Shown: positions 28,342-38,573 of the stretch, piece after piece
How positions within the stretch are numbered: position 1 is the first letter of the stretch
Layout of the letters: every line of letters begins with the position of its first letter
Source: an uncultured bacterium
GTDB taxonomy: Bacteria > Cyanobacteriota > Vampirovibrionia > Gastranaerophilales > Gastranaerophilaceae
Assembly (NCBI GenBank): GCA_902783125.1
Contig: CACZPS010000045.1
Coordinates: 1,242-65,241, forward strand
Length of the DNA: 64,000 bases
Direction of reading: 5' to 3'
Translations under genes and position numbers: made by a program
The notes under the pieces: generated by a model
Seen by the model: the letters and a program-made list of their open reading frames with translations, nothing else
Told to the model about the DNA's origin: nothing
Database searches by the model: none

Positions 28342-29358
28342 ATGAAAATATCACCAATTTTATCAATAAACATATCTTGTCGTAATATAAAACCGACATT
28401 AAAAACCGCATTAATAGGGGTTGCAGCACTGGCATCACCTTTAACAATTAGTTCTGCAAAAGTATTGATGAAAGCAAATTTATCGGATTCATATAAAAAT
28501 ATAAAACCAAAAACGTTGAAACCGTTAATTAGTGAAGAAAATAATCCTTTAAAATTTATGAGCAACCTTTTGTCAAAAGAAGTCGAAGGCACTAAAATAA
28601 TAAAGTTTCTGACAGAAAATCGAAGTGAATATCAAAAATTATTAAATATTAATAAACAAGATTATCAAATATACGAAAAGGCTATAAAAAAAATAGCAGC
28701 TCCGAGCAAAAAAACACTCAAATTAGATGATACAGTCAATGAATTTTCGGAAACGTACGGTTATAATAATATAGAGGATGACATATATGTTGCCAAAACG
28801 ACATATATGATGTATAAGAATAGCTATAAAGATTTGTTTAATCCGCTAAACCCAGAGAGGTTACGTTTATATCGTGTATCCGATTCAGAAAAAGAAGAAT
28901 TAAAAAACTGCAAGATTAATTATAAAAATGATTCTTTGACAGCAAATGAATTAATAATTGGTGCGTTAGTTCGCTTGAAAACTTTAGATAAAAAATATTC
29001 AAATTATGTTGAAACAATGTCAGAAATAAAGCCGGATTTGAATGACAAAAATATTAAAAAATCAGTTATAAATGCGAAAATGATAATGTCAAACGATATA
29101 TTGAGTGATGAGGCAATATCAAATTTTAAACTTGGTTGGATGAATCATGCACTTTTTGCGGGTGAGTTTAAACCGGTTGACACAACTTTAAATGAAAATG
29201 ATATGAATGATTTACGAATATTTGCAAAAACAATTACATTAGACAGAGATGATTTTTTAGTAGAAATGTGGAATAAAAATCCGATTATACCAATAGGTAA
29301 AAAATCAGATAGAGCAATTGCTAATATTTTGTCTATTTATAAAAATAATTTGCAATAA
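28342..29358 (+). CDS. hypothetical protein (338 aa)
   Basis: Intact ORF behind a 283-nt AT-rich spacer. One hydrophobic segment (ALIGVAALASPL). No recognisable motif. Confidence 0.5.
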   Translation: MKISPILSINISCRNIKPTLKTALIGVAALASPLTISSAKVLMKANLSDSYKNIKPKTLKPLISEENNPLKFMSNLLSKEVEGTKIIKFLTENRSEYQKLLNINKQDYQIYEKAIKKIAAPSKKTLKLDDTVNEFSETYGYNNIEDDIYVAKTTYMMYKNSYKDLFNPLNPERLRLYRVSDSEKEELKNCKINYKNDSLTANELIIGALVRLKTLDKKYSNYVETMSEIKPDLNDKNIKKSVINAKMIMSNDILSDEAISNFKLGWMNHALFAGEFKPVDTTLNENDMNDLRIFAKTITLDRDDFLVEMWNKNPIIPIGKKSDRAIANILSIYKNNLQ

Positions 29359-29424
29359 TTTATTGCTTTAGTGCAATTAAAATTAAACCGTAAAAATGTG
29401 ATTTATTATCTGTTAAATTATAAT

Positions 29425-29748
29425 TTAATGTGTTATAAGTTTTAAACCTGTAATGCCAGCAACAATTAAAAATATACAGAAAAATCTCATAAAACTTGCA
29501 GGTTCTTTAAACAAAATAATCCCTAAAATCACTGTTCCAATCGTTCCTATTCCTGTCCAGACAGCATAAGCTGTTCCAATCGGAAGTTCTTTTGCGGAAA
29601 GAGCAAGGAAATAATAACTGGCAATCATTCCGATTCCCGTCAAAATGCTTGGAATCAACTGAGTAAATCCTTGAGAATACTTTAGTCCTATTGCCCAAAA
29701 TACCTCGATAAAACCCGCTATAAACAAATATATCCAGCTTAATGACAT
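29425..29748 (-). CDS. sugE: SMR-family small exporter (SugE/Gdx-like)
   Basis: 107 aa, four TM helices, conserved membrane Glu in FIEVFWAIGLKYSQGF. Confidence 0.85.
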   Translation of the reverse strand: MSLSWIYLFIAGFIEVFWAIGLKYSQGFTQLIPSILTGIGMIASYYFLALSAKELPIGTAYAVWTGIGTIGTVILGIILFKEPASFMRFFCIFLIVAGITGLKLITH

Positions 29749-29759
29749 AAAATTCCTCT

Positions 29760-30458
29760 TTATTTATTGTATCCGATTAAATCTTTTATCACTTCTCCCG
29801 CAATTATTAATCCGACAACAGACGGAACAAATGATATGCTTGCAGGAACTCGTTCTCCGTTTGTTTTTGGTCTAATCGGCAATTCTTTTGAATAGACAAC
29901 TTTAACATCTTTAATTTTACGTTTACGCAGCTCCTGACGCATAACTTTTGCAAGCGGACAGACAGAAGTTTTTGAAATATCATCAACTTCAAACTTTGTA
30001 GGGTCCATTTTATTTCCTGCACCCATTGAACAGATAACAGGAACGTTATATTCTTTGCATTTTTCAACAAGAGAAATTTTGCCAACAACCGTATCTATTG
30101 CATCAATAACATAATCATATTGGCTAAAATCAAACTCATCAGCGGTTTCCGGAGTATAAAAAGTTTGGTATTTTTTTGTTATAACATTAGGATTAATATC
30201 TTTTATCCGTTCTTCTGCCACATCAACTTTATATCTGCCAATAGTGCTATGTGTCGCTATAAGCTGGCGATTAAGATTTGATAAGCTGACTTTATCATTG
30301 TCGATAAGGTCAATTTTCCCAATACCGCTTCTTACAAGAGCTTCAACAACATGCCCGCCGACTCCGCCTAACCCAAAAACAGCGACGTGAGCTTCAGATA
30401 ATTTCTTTACTCCGTCTTTTCCTATCAATAATTCTGTTCTTGAAAATTGATTTTCCAT
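29760..30458 (-). CDS. tcdA: tRNA threonylcarbamoyladenosine dehydratase (ThiF/E1-like)
   Basis: FSRTELLIG.., VAVFGLGGVGG, DNDKVSLSNLNRQ. Confidence 0.8.
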   Translation of the reverse strand: MENQFSRTELLIGKDGVKKLSEAHVAVFGLGGVGGHVVEALVRSGIGKIDLIDNDKVSLSNLNRQLIATHSTIGRYKVDVAEERIKDINPNVITKKYQTFYTPETADEFDFSQYDYVIDAIDTVVGKISLVEKCKEYNVPVICSMGAGNKMDPTKFEVDDISKTSVCPLAKVMRQELRKRKIKDVKVVYSKELPIRPKTNGERVPASISFVPSVVGLIIAGEVIKDLIGYNK

Positions 30459-30534
30459 AAATAAACCTTTAAACGACTGTTACTGATTTAAACAATAAAA
30501 TTATAAAAAAAACAAAAATTATTTTAAAGCAGTA

Positions 30535-32733
30535 TTATAAAATATCAATAGGATCAACATCAATAGCCATACGGATATCACGAGGGAGCTTAATTGTTTT
30601 AAAGAATTGAGAAATGAATTTATGTCCCTTTTCGTGGAGTTTATTTTTGAGTAAAATCTGATAACGATATAATCCGTTAAGCCTTTCTATTACACAATTA
30701 GACGGTCCTAACATTTCTAAGTGTTCAGAAAATCCGTATTTATCGATAAGTTCTTGCAATCTATCCCCGATTGCTTCAACTGATTTTTCGGCTCTGTCAT
30801 TATTATCACAGCTCAAAATTACTCTGATAATCTGTGTAAAAGGCGGATATATAAATTCTTGTCTTGAACGAATTTCTGTGTAATAAAACTTTGAATAATC
30901 CTGTTCTCTGGCACTATCTAAGGCATAAAAATCAGGGTTATATGTCTGGAACATAACTCTGCCTTTATCTTCGCCCCGACCTGCTCTGCCTGCTACCTGA
31001 GTAAGAAGCTGAAAACCTCTTTCGGCTGAGCGAAAATCAGGAAGATTGAAGGTCGAATCGGCACTAATTACTCCGACTAACGTAACATTTGGATTATCTA
31101 ATCCTTTTGCTATCATTTGAGTACCGATTAGAATATCAATCTCACCTTTCTGAAAACGATTGAGGATTTCTATATGTGAATTTTTCTTTGACAAAACATC
31201 ACTATCTATACGCTCAATTTTTGCATCTTTATACAATTCTTTCAGCAATAATTCGACTTTTTGAGAACCCAGCCCGCTGTTTCTGAGAGCATCAGCCCCG
31301 CAAGAAGGGCACGCATCCGGCATTTCTTCTGTATGATTACAATAATGACATTTTAGCCTTTTATCGCCTGCATGCCAGATTAAAGGAATTGCGCAATTAG
31401 GACACTGCACAACTTCACCGCACGCCTTACATTGGGTTGAAGTTGAAAACCCTCTGCGATTTATAAGGATTATTGCCTGCTTTCCATCTTCTAAAGTTTG
31501 TTCTATTGCAGTCTGGAGCGGCTTTGAGATAACTCCTCTATATGCGGCTCTTGAATATTCTTTCATATCAATAATATCAATATGCGCCATTGGTGAGTTA
31601 TTAAATCTGTGAGGCATTTCAAAGAGATTATTATTATTAGATGCATAATAATAAGTACTCACATCAGGAGTTGCAGAACCTAAAATTAAAGGTGCTTTAT
31701 GAAATTGTGCAAGTTTTTGGGCAACGACTTTCGCATCATATCTTGGCGCAGGATTTGCTTGTTTGTAAGCACTTTCGTGTTCTTCATCAATAATTATAAG
31801 CCCAATATTTTGTAACGGTGCAAAAACAGCAGAACGAGCGCCTGCAAGTATCCTTATCTCGTTATTATAAAGTCTTTGCCAAACATCGTATTTTTCACCG
31901 TCAGAAATACTGCTGTGCCAGATTGCAACTTCATTTATCCCGAATTTACGGGCAATCCTTTGGGTTAATTGAGAAGCCAGAGCAATTTCCGGAGCTAAGA
32001 ATAACACATTCTTACCTTCATCTATCGTATCTTTTATAAGTTTAAAATAGACCTCTGTTTTGCCGGAAGCGGTAACCCCATGTAACAAAATCGGATTTGG
32101 GGATTTTATTTTTTTTCTTATTCCTTCATACGCTTCTTTTTGCTCTCCGGATAATTCAGATAGCGATTCCAATTTTTCATCTTTAAAGATATTAAGCGGG
32201 TTTCTGTAAATGCTTTCTTCTGTTAGCTTTACACAACCTGAATCGGCTAACTTTTTCATAGTTGCACGGGTGGTTTTTGCCCTATTTTCAAACTCAATTA
32301 ATGATATTTTCCCAAGTTCTTTTAGCTGTTCTAAGATTTGCTCCTGTCTTTTTGTTGCCCCATCAGATTTGATATATTCAACCGAATACTCTGTTTTTGA
32401 ATTTTTATCAATAAGTTTCATTGGGATAGCAAGGTTAAGAACATTTATAATATCTGTACAATAATAATTGGCAACCCACTCCAGTAATTTGAAATACTTG
32501 AGGGTAAAAAGCGGTTTTTCATCAATAATTTCTTTGATTTTTTTAGGCTTAATCCCTTCTTCCATATAATCGGAAAATCCGACAACGAACGCTTTTATCA
32601 AACCTTGACGGCCAAACGGTACTCTGACCGCTTGGCCTATCTTCAGTTTATCTTTAAGTTCATCGGGAATTAAATACCCGAAGGTTTTGACTCCCAAACC
32701 TTTAATATTTACAAGTACGAGAGCGTAATTCAT
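30535..32733 (-). CDS. priA: primosomal protein N' (replication-restart helicase PriA)
   Basis: Walker A GVTASGKTE, DEEH box, Cys-rich zinc region CKACGEVVQCPNC..CHYC..CPSCG, GTQMIAKG. Confidence 0.95.
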   Translation of the reverse strand: MNYALVLVNIKGLGVKTFGYLIPDELKDKLKIGQAVRVPFGRQGLIKAFVVGFSDYMEEGIKPKKIKEIIDEKPLFTLKYFKLLEWVANYYCTDIINVLNLAIPMKLIDKNSKTEYSVEYIKSDGATKRQEQILEQLKELGKISLIEFENRAKTTRATMKKLADSGCVKLTEESIYRNPLNIFKDEKLESLSELSGEQKEAYEGIRKKIKSPNPILLHGVTASGKTEVYFKLIKDTIDEGKNVLFLAPEIALASQLTQRIARKFGINEVAIWHSSISDGEKYDVWQRLYNNEIRILAGARSAVFAPLQNIGLIIIDEEHESAYKQANPAPRYDAKVVAQKLAQFHKAPLILGSATPDVSTYYYASNNNNLFEMPHRFNNSPMAHIDIIDMKEYSRAAYRGVISKPLQTAIEQTLEDGKQAIILINRRGFSTSTQCKACGEVVQCPNCAIPLIWHAGDKRLKCHYCNHTEEMPDACPSCGADALRNSGLGSQKVELLLKELYKDAKIERIDSDVLSKKNSHIEILNRFQKGEIDILIGTQMIAKGLDNPNVTLVGVISADSTFNLPDFRSAERGFQLLTQVAGRAGRGEDKGRVMFQTYNPDFYALDSAREQDYSKFYYTEIRSRQEFIYPPFTQIIRVILSCDNNDRAEKSVEAIGDRLQELIDKYGFSEHLEMLGPSNCVIERLNGLYRYQILLKNKLHEKGHKFISQFFKTIKLPRDIRMAIDVDPIDIL

Positions 32734-32735
32734 TA

Positions 32736-32966
32736 TTATTCCATAAACTCTTTTTTAGATTCTTCAACTGCGTCTATCAAGGTATCTAAATGTTCAGGTG
32801 CGACTGTTATACCTTTTTGAGTAGGTCGCCAAGTATCGCCGCCGTCTGTTGTGTAAAAGATTCTCAAATCAAGATAACTTCTGCCTTTGTATTCGTTTAC
32901 GGCAATTTGTACTCTTTCTTTTTCGCTTCTTTCAATTGTTCCGATTAATTTTGATGAATCTGCCAT
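32736..32966 (-). CDS. PC4/YdbC-like ssDNA-binding protein (76 aa)
   Basis: ERVQIAVNEYKGRSYLDLRIFY..W.PTQKGITV follows the bacterial PC4-like pattern as I recall it. Its stop is 2 nt before the priA start. Confidence 0.6.
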   Translation of the reverse strand: MADSSKLIGTIERSEKERVQIAVNEYKGRSYLDLRIFYTTDGGDTWRPTQKGITVAPEHLDTLIDAVEESKKEFME

Positions 32967-33007
32967 TTTATCTCCTCCTATTTATAAATATTATTATAAC
33001 ATTAATA

Positions 33008-33982
33008 CTATAACATAGCAGCACGGAGTTCATCATTTGATTTTGGACTCAAATAAGCAGGCGGAATATCAAACACCGTCATTGCACCTGTTTTTCCTTC
33101 CTTATTCAATCTAAAAATTGCTCTTGCATAAGCAACAAGGACGCTTGATGTAAATTCAGGATTAGAATCAAGTTTCAAACTGTATTCTATAACGTGGTTT
33201 CTTGAACCGTCACCGGTTTTTCCTGTTCTGATTACACAGCCGCCATGAGGAATACCTGAATGATTAGCCTTAAATTCCTCCATTGATATAAAATGAACGG
33301 TTGTATCGTAATCTGAGAAATAATTTGGCATTTCTTTTATTTCTTTTTCAATTCTTGATTTATCAGCACCGTCTGCTGCTACAACAAAACATTCTCTTGT
33401 ATGTTTTTCTCTTGTTGTAAGCTCAGGATTTTCGCAATTTTTTACTGCTTGGAGTGCTTTTTCAACAGGAATAGTATACTGTTTAGCATCAAGAACTCCT
33501 TCAATTCTTCTAACTGCATCAGAATGTCCTTGGCTTACTCCTTTTCCCCAGAAAGTATAATCTTTTCCGTCAGGAAGTATAGAATTAGCATATAATCTGT
33601 TTAATGAAAACAGCCCCGGATCCCAGCCTACTGAAATAATCCCGATTTTACCGCTTTCTTTGGCTGATTTATCCACATTCGCAAAATGTTCAGGAATACG
33701 TGCGTGAGTGTCAAAACTATCCACTACATTGAACATTTTTGCGTATTCAGGAGTCTGAACAGGTAAATCAGTCGCACTTCCACCGCATAAAATTAGTACA
33801 TCTATTTTATCTTTCCAATTAGAAATTTCCGATACATTTAAAACTTTTGCATTAGAATTAACTTTTAAATCCTCAGGATTTCTTCTTGTGAATATTGCAA
33901 CAAGTTCCATATCAGGATTTTGTTTTACAGCATATTCTACTCCTCTGCCTAAATTCCCATAGCCAAGTATTGCTAATCTCAT
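33008..33982 (-). CDS. ddh: meso-diaminopimelate D-dehydrogenase
   Basis: Colinear with Corynebacterium Ddh from memory: ILGYGNLGRGVE, CGGSATD, GWDPGLFS, WGKGVSQGHSDA, HGG.VI.TG. Confidence 0.9.
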   Translation of the reverse strand: MRLAILGYGNLGRGVEYAVKQNPDMELVAIFTRRNPEDLKVNSNAKVLNVSEISNWKDKIDVLILCGGSATDLPVQTPEYAKMFNVVDSFDTHARIPEHFANVDKSAKESGKIGIISVGWDPGLFSLNRLYANSILPDGKDYTFWGKGVSQGHSDAVRRIEGVLDAKQYTIPVEKALQAVKNCENPELTTREKHTRECFVVAADGADKSRIEKEIKEMPNYFSDYDTTVHFISMEEFKANHSGIPHGGCVIRTGKTGDGSRNHVIEYSLKLDSNPEFTSSVLVAYARAIFRLNKEGKTGAMTVFDIPPAYLSPKSNDELRAAML

Positions 33983-34168
33983 AAGCGTCCCCTTTCTTAT
34001 AAATTTCTTAGTGTTCGTATTAAATATACCACATTTTTTTTTAGTTCTAAAAAATTTTATATTATTTTAATATCATTAAAAACGATTATTTCTGCTTAAC
34101 CTCTTGAAATTAATAATTAAAAGGGGTAAAATACGGTTACTGTTTATTATATGTTATGGAGCATTATA

Positions 34169-34552
34169 ATGGTTAGCTATGAAGAATTAGTAGAAAAAGC
34201 AAAAGAAGCCTCAAAGAATGCTTATGCCCCTTATTCTGATTTCAGAGTCGGGGCATGTGTGCTTACTGAAAAGGGCAATATCTATTCAGGCTGCAATTTT
34301 GAGAACGCAAGTTACGGATTATCTATATGTGCGGAACGTAACGCAATAGGAACAGCTATCACAAACGGTGAAACTAAAATAAAAGCAATAGCTATCTATT
34401 CACCTAATATGTATAATTGTACTCCGTGTGGCGCTTGCAGACAGGTAATAAACGAATTTAAAACAGATGAAACAGTTGTTATAACTGTAGCAGGCGATAA
34501 AATCATCGTAAAAACAATAGAAGAATTGCTCCCCGGAGGGTTTGAATTATAA
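34169..34552 (+). CDS. cdd: cytidine deaminase
   Basis: CAERNAI and CTPCGACRQ zinc-ligand motifs. The ATG at 34169 gives the usual ~127 aa. Confidence 0.9.
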   Translation: MVSYEELVEKAKEASKNAYAPYSDFRVGACVLTEKGNIYSGCNFENASYGLSICAERNAIGTAITNGETKIKAIAIYSPNMYNCTPCGACRQVINEFKTDETVVITVAGDKIIVKTIEELLPGGFEL

Positions 34553-34768
34553 ATGTATATTTTGGATTTTATTCTTAAACGCATTTTCCCTAAAAAATTA
34601 GATGAAAAATATAACTATAACCCGTTAAAACAGGATAATCTTGAAGAAAATGCCGAAGATTGCAACCACGAGTTCATGCCTGTTGACAGCACAGGTGAAA
34701 CGCTTGCTTGTATAAAATGCGGGTTTATAGTACAAAGAAATGGTAATAATATAATAGAGGACGAATAA
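34553..34768 (+). CDS. small zinc-ribbon-like protein (71 aa)
   Basis: The ATG immediately follows the cdd stop. CNHE..(17)..CIKCG could form a C/H-C-C knuckle. No family assigned. Confidence 0.4.
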   Translation: MYILDFILKRIFPKKLDEKYNYNPLKQDNLEENAEDCNHEFMPVDSTGETLACIKCGFIVQRNGNNIIEDE

Positions 34769-34770
34769 TT

Positions 34771-36942
34771 ATGGTTTCGTTTAATGATTTAATAGAGAGA
34801 GTGCAAGCACATAAAGTAACCGATTTAATGTTATTTGTCGGATTTGCGGTTATAATGACGCTCATTGTATCATCGCAGAATTTCTTTTTTCAACGTGTTA
34901 TTGAAAATGGGATAAGCAAACGTGATATAGTTGCACAAAAAACCATAACAGTTGTTGATACAAAACGAACAGAACAACACAGACAAGAAGTTATTCAAAA
35001 CATAGAACCGATACTTATACCGGCAGAAGATGAATTTATAAAAGTCAACCTTGAAACCTTACAAAATTCTGTTAAACAAATAAGAGATAAAAATATATCA
35101 GATACCGTAAAAAAAGAAGAATTATCACTTCTTTTTGATATACAGTCAAAGGAAAGGAAAGCTTATCTGGCGAATTATCTTTTAAATACACCTGATCAGT
35201 CGCTACAAAAAGTATTTGATAAAGCAAAAATAACACTGGTAAAAGTACTTAATGTTGGTATTACTGAAAGCAGTTACGAAGACGGGAAACTGGATAAAAT
35301 TATTCAGCGCAATATTCCTATGAATACACCACGAAATCAGATAACAGTAATAACTGCATTATTAAAAGAAATAATCACTCCTAATCTCGTTGTTGACGAT
35401 TTAGCGACCGAAATTGCAAAGAAAAATGCTCAAAATGCAGTGAAACCTTATGAAGTAGTATTTCACCAAGGTGATAAGATAGTTTTTGAAGGCGAGCCCG
35501 TCACCAAACTAAAAAAAGATGCTCTCAGAGAAGCCGGCTACAATGTATTAGAACTCAATTTCTGGGGTATTTTTGGAGTATTTGTTCTTGTATTGTTATC
35601 AACCTTTGTATTTTTACAATATGAAAAGAACTTTGAAAAAATGTTTTATGAATCACATCATATAACAATAACCGGATTTTTATCTTTGTTTATTGCTCTT
35701 ATCGCAGTATTATTACCTACGGGATTTTCACCATATATATTGCCGTTTCCGGCATTTATTATAATATTGTCAGTATTCACAAATGCAAGAATAGCACTAT
35801 TTGCATCTACATTGATTCTGGCGGTATTAACAATAGGATTGCACTATGGTATTGAATTTGTGACATCATTTATGCTCATAAATACAGTTTCTATGATAGC
35901 GATTTCAAAAATCAAATTTTCAAAAAGATTTGACCTTATTATAACAGGGCTAAAAATATCAATATCAGGAGTTGCTATTGTCGGTGCTATCTATATGCTC
36001 GAAAAATTCTTGATAGACGTAGATAACCTTTTGATTTTAAGAGATATATTGCTAATCTTCGTAAACGGACTATTAAGCGGGATTATTGCTTTGGGTACTT
36101 TACCAATATTAGAGAGTACCTTTGGAATAATTACTCCTTACGGTTTGGCAGAGCTTGCAGACCATAACCAGCCTTTATTGAAACGATTACAATTTGAAGC
36201 CCCGGGGACATATCATCATAGCCTTATGGTGTCGAATTTGTCAGAAGCCGCAGCGGAAGCTATCGGTGCCAATCCGATTTTAGCAAGAGTAGGTGCTTTT
36301 TATCACGATATAGGTAAATTAAAACGACCGTTATTTTTTGTTGAAAACCAGTCATACTTCGGAATAGAAAATCCACATACCAAACTTAATCCGAGATTAA
36401 GCAAAATGGTTATTACCGCTCACCCGAAAGACGGGGTTGAAATAGCAAAAGAATACCGCCTTCCTTCAATTATTCATAACTTTATTCTTCAACACCACGG
36501 AGAAGGTTTGGCAAGTTATTTTTATAATCAAGCTGTTGCCGAAGAAGGTATTGAAAATGTAAAAGAAGAACAATTCAGATACACAGGTCCAAAACCTAAT
36601 ATGAAAGAAACAGCTATTTTAATGATAGCAGATGCTGTTGAATCAGCGGTAAGGTCATTAAAAACACCGTCTAATGAAGAAATTGAAGCTATTATTGATA
36701 AAATTATTAAAGAACGCCTGAATGATGGTCAGTTCTCGGATTGTCCTCTCACTTTAAAAGATTTGAAAGTTATTGCGACAACTTTTAACAGAATACTTAG
36801 AGGGATGCAGCATAACCGAATTAAATATCAGCAGGCAATAGTTAATGAACTTGATAATCAAAAGGGACAACCTTCCGTAATGGATGCTGATTTTGAAGCA
36901 AAAATTCAACAATTAGAACAAAATAAAGACAACGAGGGTTAA
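34771..36942 (+). CDS. pgpH: membrane HD-domain phosphohydrolase, PgpH/YqfF (7TMR-HDED + HD) family
   Basis: N-terminal extracytoplasmic domain and 7 TM helices. HD domain with HHSLMVSNL, FYHDIGK, HHGEG, ADAVESA. Confidence 0.8.
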   Translation: MVSFNDLIERVQAHKVTDLMLFVGFAVIMTLIVSSQNFFFQRVIENGISKRDIVAQKTITVVDTKRTEQHRQEVIQNIEPILIPAEDEFIKVNLETLQNSVKQIRDKNISDTVKKEELSLLFDIQSKERKAYLANYLLNTPDQSLQKVFDKAKITLVKVLNVGITESSYEDGKLDKIIQRNIPMNTPRNQITVITALLKEIITPNLVVDDLATEIAKKNAQNAVKPYEVVFHQGDKIVFEGEPVTKLKKDALREAGYNVLELNFWGIFGVFVLVLLSTFVFLQYEKNFEKMFYESHHITITGFLSLFIALIAVLLPTGFSPYILPFPAFIIILSVFTNARIALFASTLILAVLTIGLHYGIEFVTSFMLINTVSMIAISKIKFSKRFDLIITGLKISISGVAIVGAIYMLEKFLIDVDNLLILRDILLIFVNGLLSGIIALGTLPILESTFGIITPYGLAELADHNQPLLKRLQFEAPGTYHHSLMVSNLSEAAAEAIGANPILARVGAFYHDIGKLKRPLFFVENQSYFGIENPHTKLNPRLSKMVITAHPKDGVEIAKEYRLPSIIHNFILQHHGEGLASYFYNQAVAEEGIENVKEEQFRYTGPKPNMKETAILMIADAVESAVRSLKTPSNEEIEAIIDKIIKERLNDGQFSDCPLTLKDLKVIATTFNRILRGMQHNRIKYQQAIVNELDNQKGQPSVMDADFEAKIQQLEQNKDNEG

Positions 36943-36974
36943 AAAACTTCAAAGTCAGAATTATATTTAAATTA

Positions 36975-37391
36975 TTAGTTACCTTTATAAAGAAGTTTTG
37001 AGGCTTCTGTTTTTATAGCATTTAAGAGGTCTTCATTACTCTGAAGTGATTTAGGTAACAAAGCCGAGCCACGTTTTTCAAGAACTTCCGCCTTATATGC
37101 TTTTGAACCGTCTGCCGGATCGTAAGTCTTAACTACACGTTCATCAACTTCCATTCTGAAAGAATCCTTATGTTTATAACTTGGTCTGAAAGACAAATTA
37201 CATCTATTTGCTTCGGCATATTTAGATATTTCATCCAAGTTTGATTTAATCAAATTAGTTTCTTCCGGTCTGAATGCAGTTGACACGGTTGTATATTTTG
37301 CAATTCTATCCTCGCTAACCGATTTTTTTGCACCACTAAATAGCCACCCGAATATTTTTGCCTGAGATACTATATTAGATGTTGGGTTCAT
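36975..37391 (-). CDS. hypothetical protein (138 aa)
   Basis: Intact ORF with no recognisable motif. Carries the polar N-terminal leader described in the findings. Confidence 0.5.
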   Translation of the reverse strand: MNPTSNIVSQAKIFGWLFSGAKKSVSEDRIAKYTTVSTAFRPEETNLIKSNLDEISKYAEANRCNLSFRPSYKHKDSFRMEVDERVVKTYDPADGSKAYKAEVLEKRGSALLPKSLQSNEDLLNAIKTEASKLLYKGN

Positions 37392-37513
37392 TAGTTATCC
37401 TTTCTTTGACATCTCTTTTTATGCTATATATAACGTACCCCAAAATATTATTTTGCTAGAGATAGATATATATGTTTACATTTGTTAATATATTTCTTTC
37501 ATGCCGGTATAAA

Positions 37514-37553
37514 TAAAAAAAACAGGTTTGGCGACCCGCTCAAACCTGTTTTT
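37514..37553 (-). terminator. intrinsic terminator after the 64/70-aa gene pair
   Basis: AACAGGTTTG-(10 nt)-CAAACCTGTT 10-bp stem flanked by A8 and T5. On the minus strand the U-run follows the stem. Confidence 0.8.
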
Positions 37554-37578
37554 ACTATTCAATTGTGTCTTAATTTCC

Positions 37579-37791
37579 TTAGTTTTCTAAAATACCTCCG
37601 TTATAAAATTTCAACAAATTTGTTAATCTGTTTTTTTGCTCTGTAATTCTTTCAAAATCTTTTTTAATATCCTCCAACTCCAAGAGTAGAGTCGCTAAAT
37701 CTTTACGTTGTTTTTGGGTCATATTATGTTCAACCTCGTCAGTCCAACCGCCTGATAAACAACCTCTGTCAAAATCGTGTTCTTTCATCAT
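37579..37791 (-). CDS. hypothetical small protein (70 aa)
   Basis: ATGA start/stop overlap with the upstream 64-aa ORF. Predicted helical C-terminal half. Strong terminator 25 nt downstream. Confidence 0.45.
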   Translation of the reverse strand: MMKEHDFDRGCLSGGWTDEVEHNMTQKQRKDLATLLLELEDIKKDFERITEQKNRLTNLLKFYNGGILEN

Positions 37792-37985
37792 TATGCTCCC
37801 TGATACAAAGATTGCATGTAATCCATCATGTCGTAATTACCATATTTAAAGGTATATGGTTGTTTAGCGTATTCGCCAAGCTCTCTTTTAATTTCTTGAA
37901 ATTCTTGACAGTTAAAGTTGAACCCCGTCATCTCCGCGTAATCAACCATCATCTCATCCACATCTACATTAAAATATTTGTCCAT
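37791..37985 (-). CDS. hypothetical small acidic protein (64 aa)
   Basis: First gene of a translationally coupled pair; D/E/Y/M-rich; no recognisable motif. Confidence 0.45.
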   Translation of the reverse strand: MDKYFNVDVDEMMVDYAEMTGFNFNCQEFQEIKRELGEYAKQPYTFKYGNYDMMDYMQSLYQGA

Positions 37986-38113
37986 ACATATACCCCTAAT
38001 AAACTGCTTTGTACTAACAATTATTTCTACGGCATGCCAAAGACAAAACTTTAGAAAATTTGCACAAATGTTAAGTTTTTGTTACAATAGGGAAAAATGT
38101 AAGGGGTAAATGT

Positions 38114-38560
38114 ATGCAAAAAATATTTATCGCATCTGACCATGGCGGATATAATCTGAAAGAAAAAATTAAAGAGATTTTTTCCAAATCAGGTTATGAA
38201 TTTGAGGATTTAGGAACAAATTCCACAGAGTCATGTGATTATCCGCTTTATGCGGAAAAAGTTGCTAACAAAGTTCAAGAAACAAACGGCAGAGGGATTC
38301 TAGTCTGCGGAACAGGGATTGGAATGTCTATTGCTGCAAATAAATTCAAAGGTATCAGAGCATCACATTGTACTGATACTTTTTCTGCCCGAATGACAAG
38401 AGAACACAACAATTCAAACATTCTTTGTCTTGGAGAAAGAATAACGGGTCAAGATTTAGCACTGGATATTGTGAAAATCTGGCTTGAAACACCGTTTTCT
38501 AACGGAGAACGACACTTAAAACGTATAGAATTAATTAATAAAATAGAAAATAATTTATAA
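38114..38560 (+). CDS. rpiB: ribose-5-phosphate isomerase B
   Basis: IASDHGGYNLK, CGTGIGMSIAANK, ARMTREHNN. Confidence 0.95.
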   Translation: MQKIFIASDHGGYNLKEKIKEIFSKSGYEFEDLGTNSTESCDYPLYAEKVANKVQETNGRGILVCGTGIGMSIAANKFKGIRASHCTDTFSARMTREHNNSNILCLGERITGQDLALDIVKIWLETPFSNGERHLKRIELINKIENNL

Positions 38561-38573
38561 TGGAAAACAGAAT

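Noticed and set aside
38102-38115. Explaining the AGGGGTAAATGTAT word simply as the rpiB Shine-Dalgarno region
   Set aside because: That works for rpiB (AAGGGG lies 7-8 nt before the ATG). The identical 14-mer at 22459 and 51964 is not followed by a credible gene start, and other copies lie 30-130 nt from starts. SD function alone does not explain the family.
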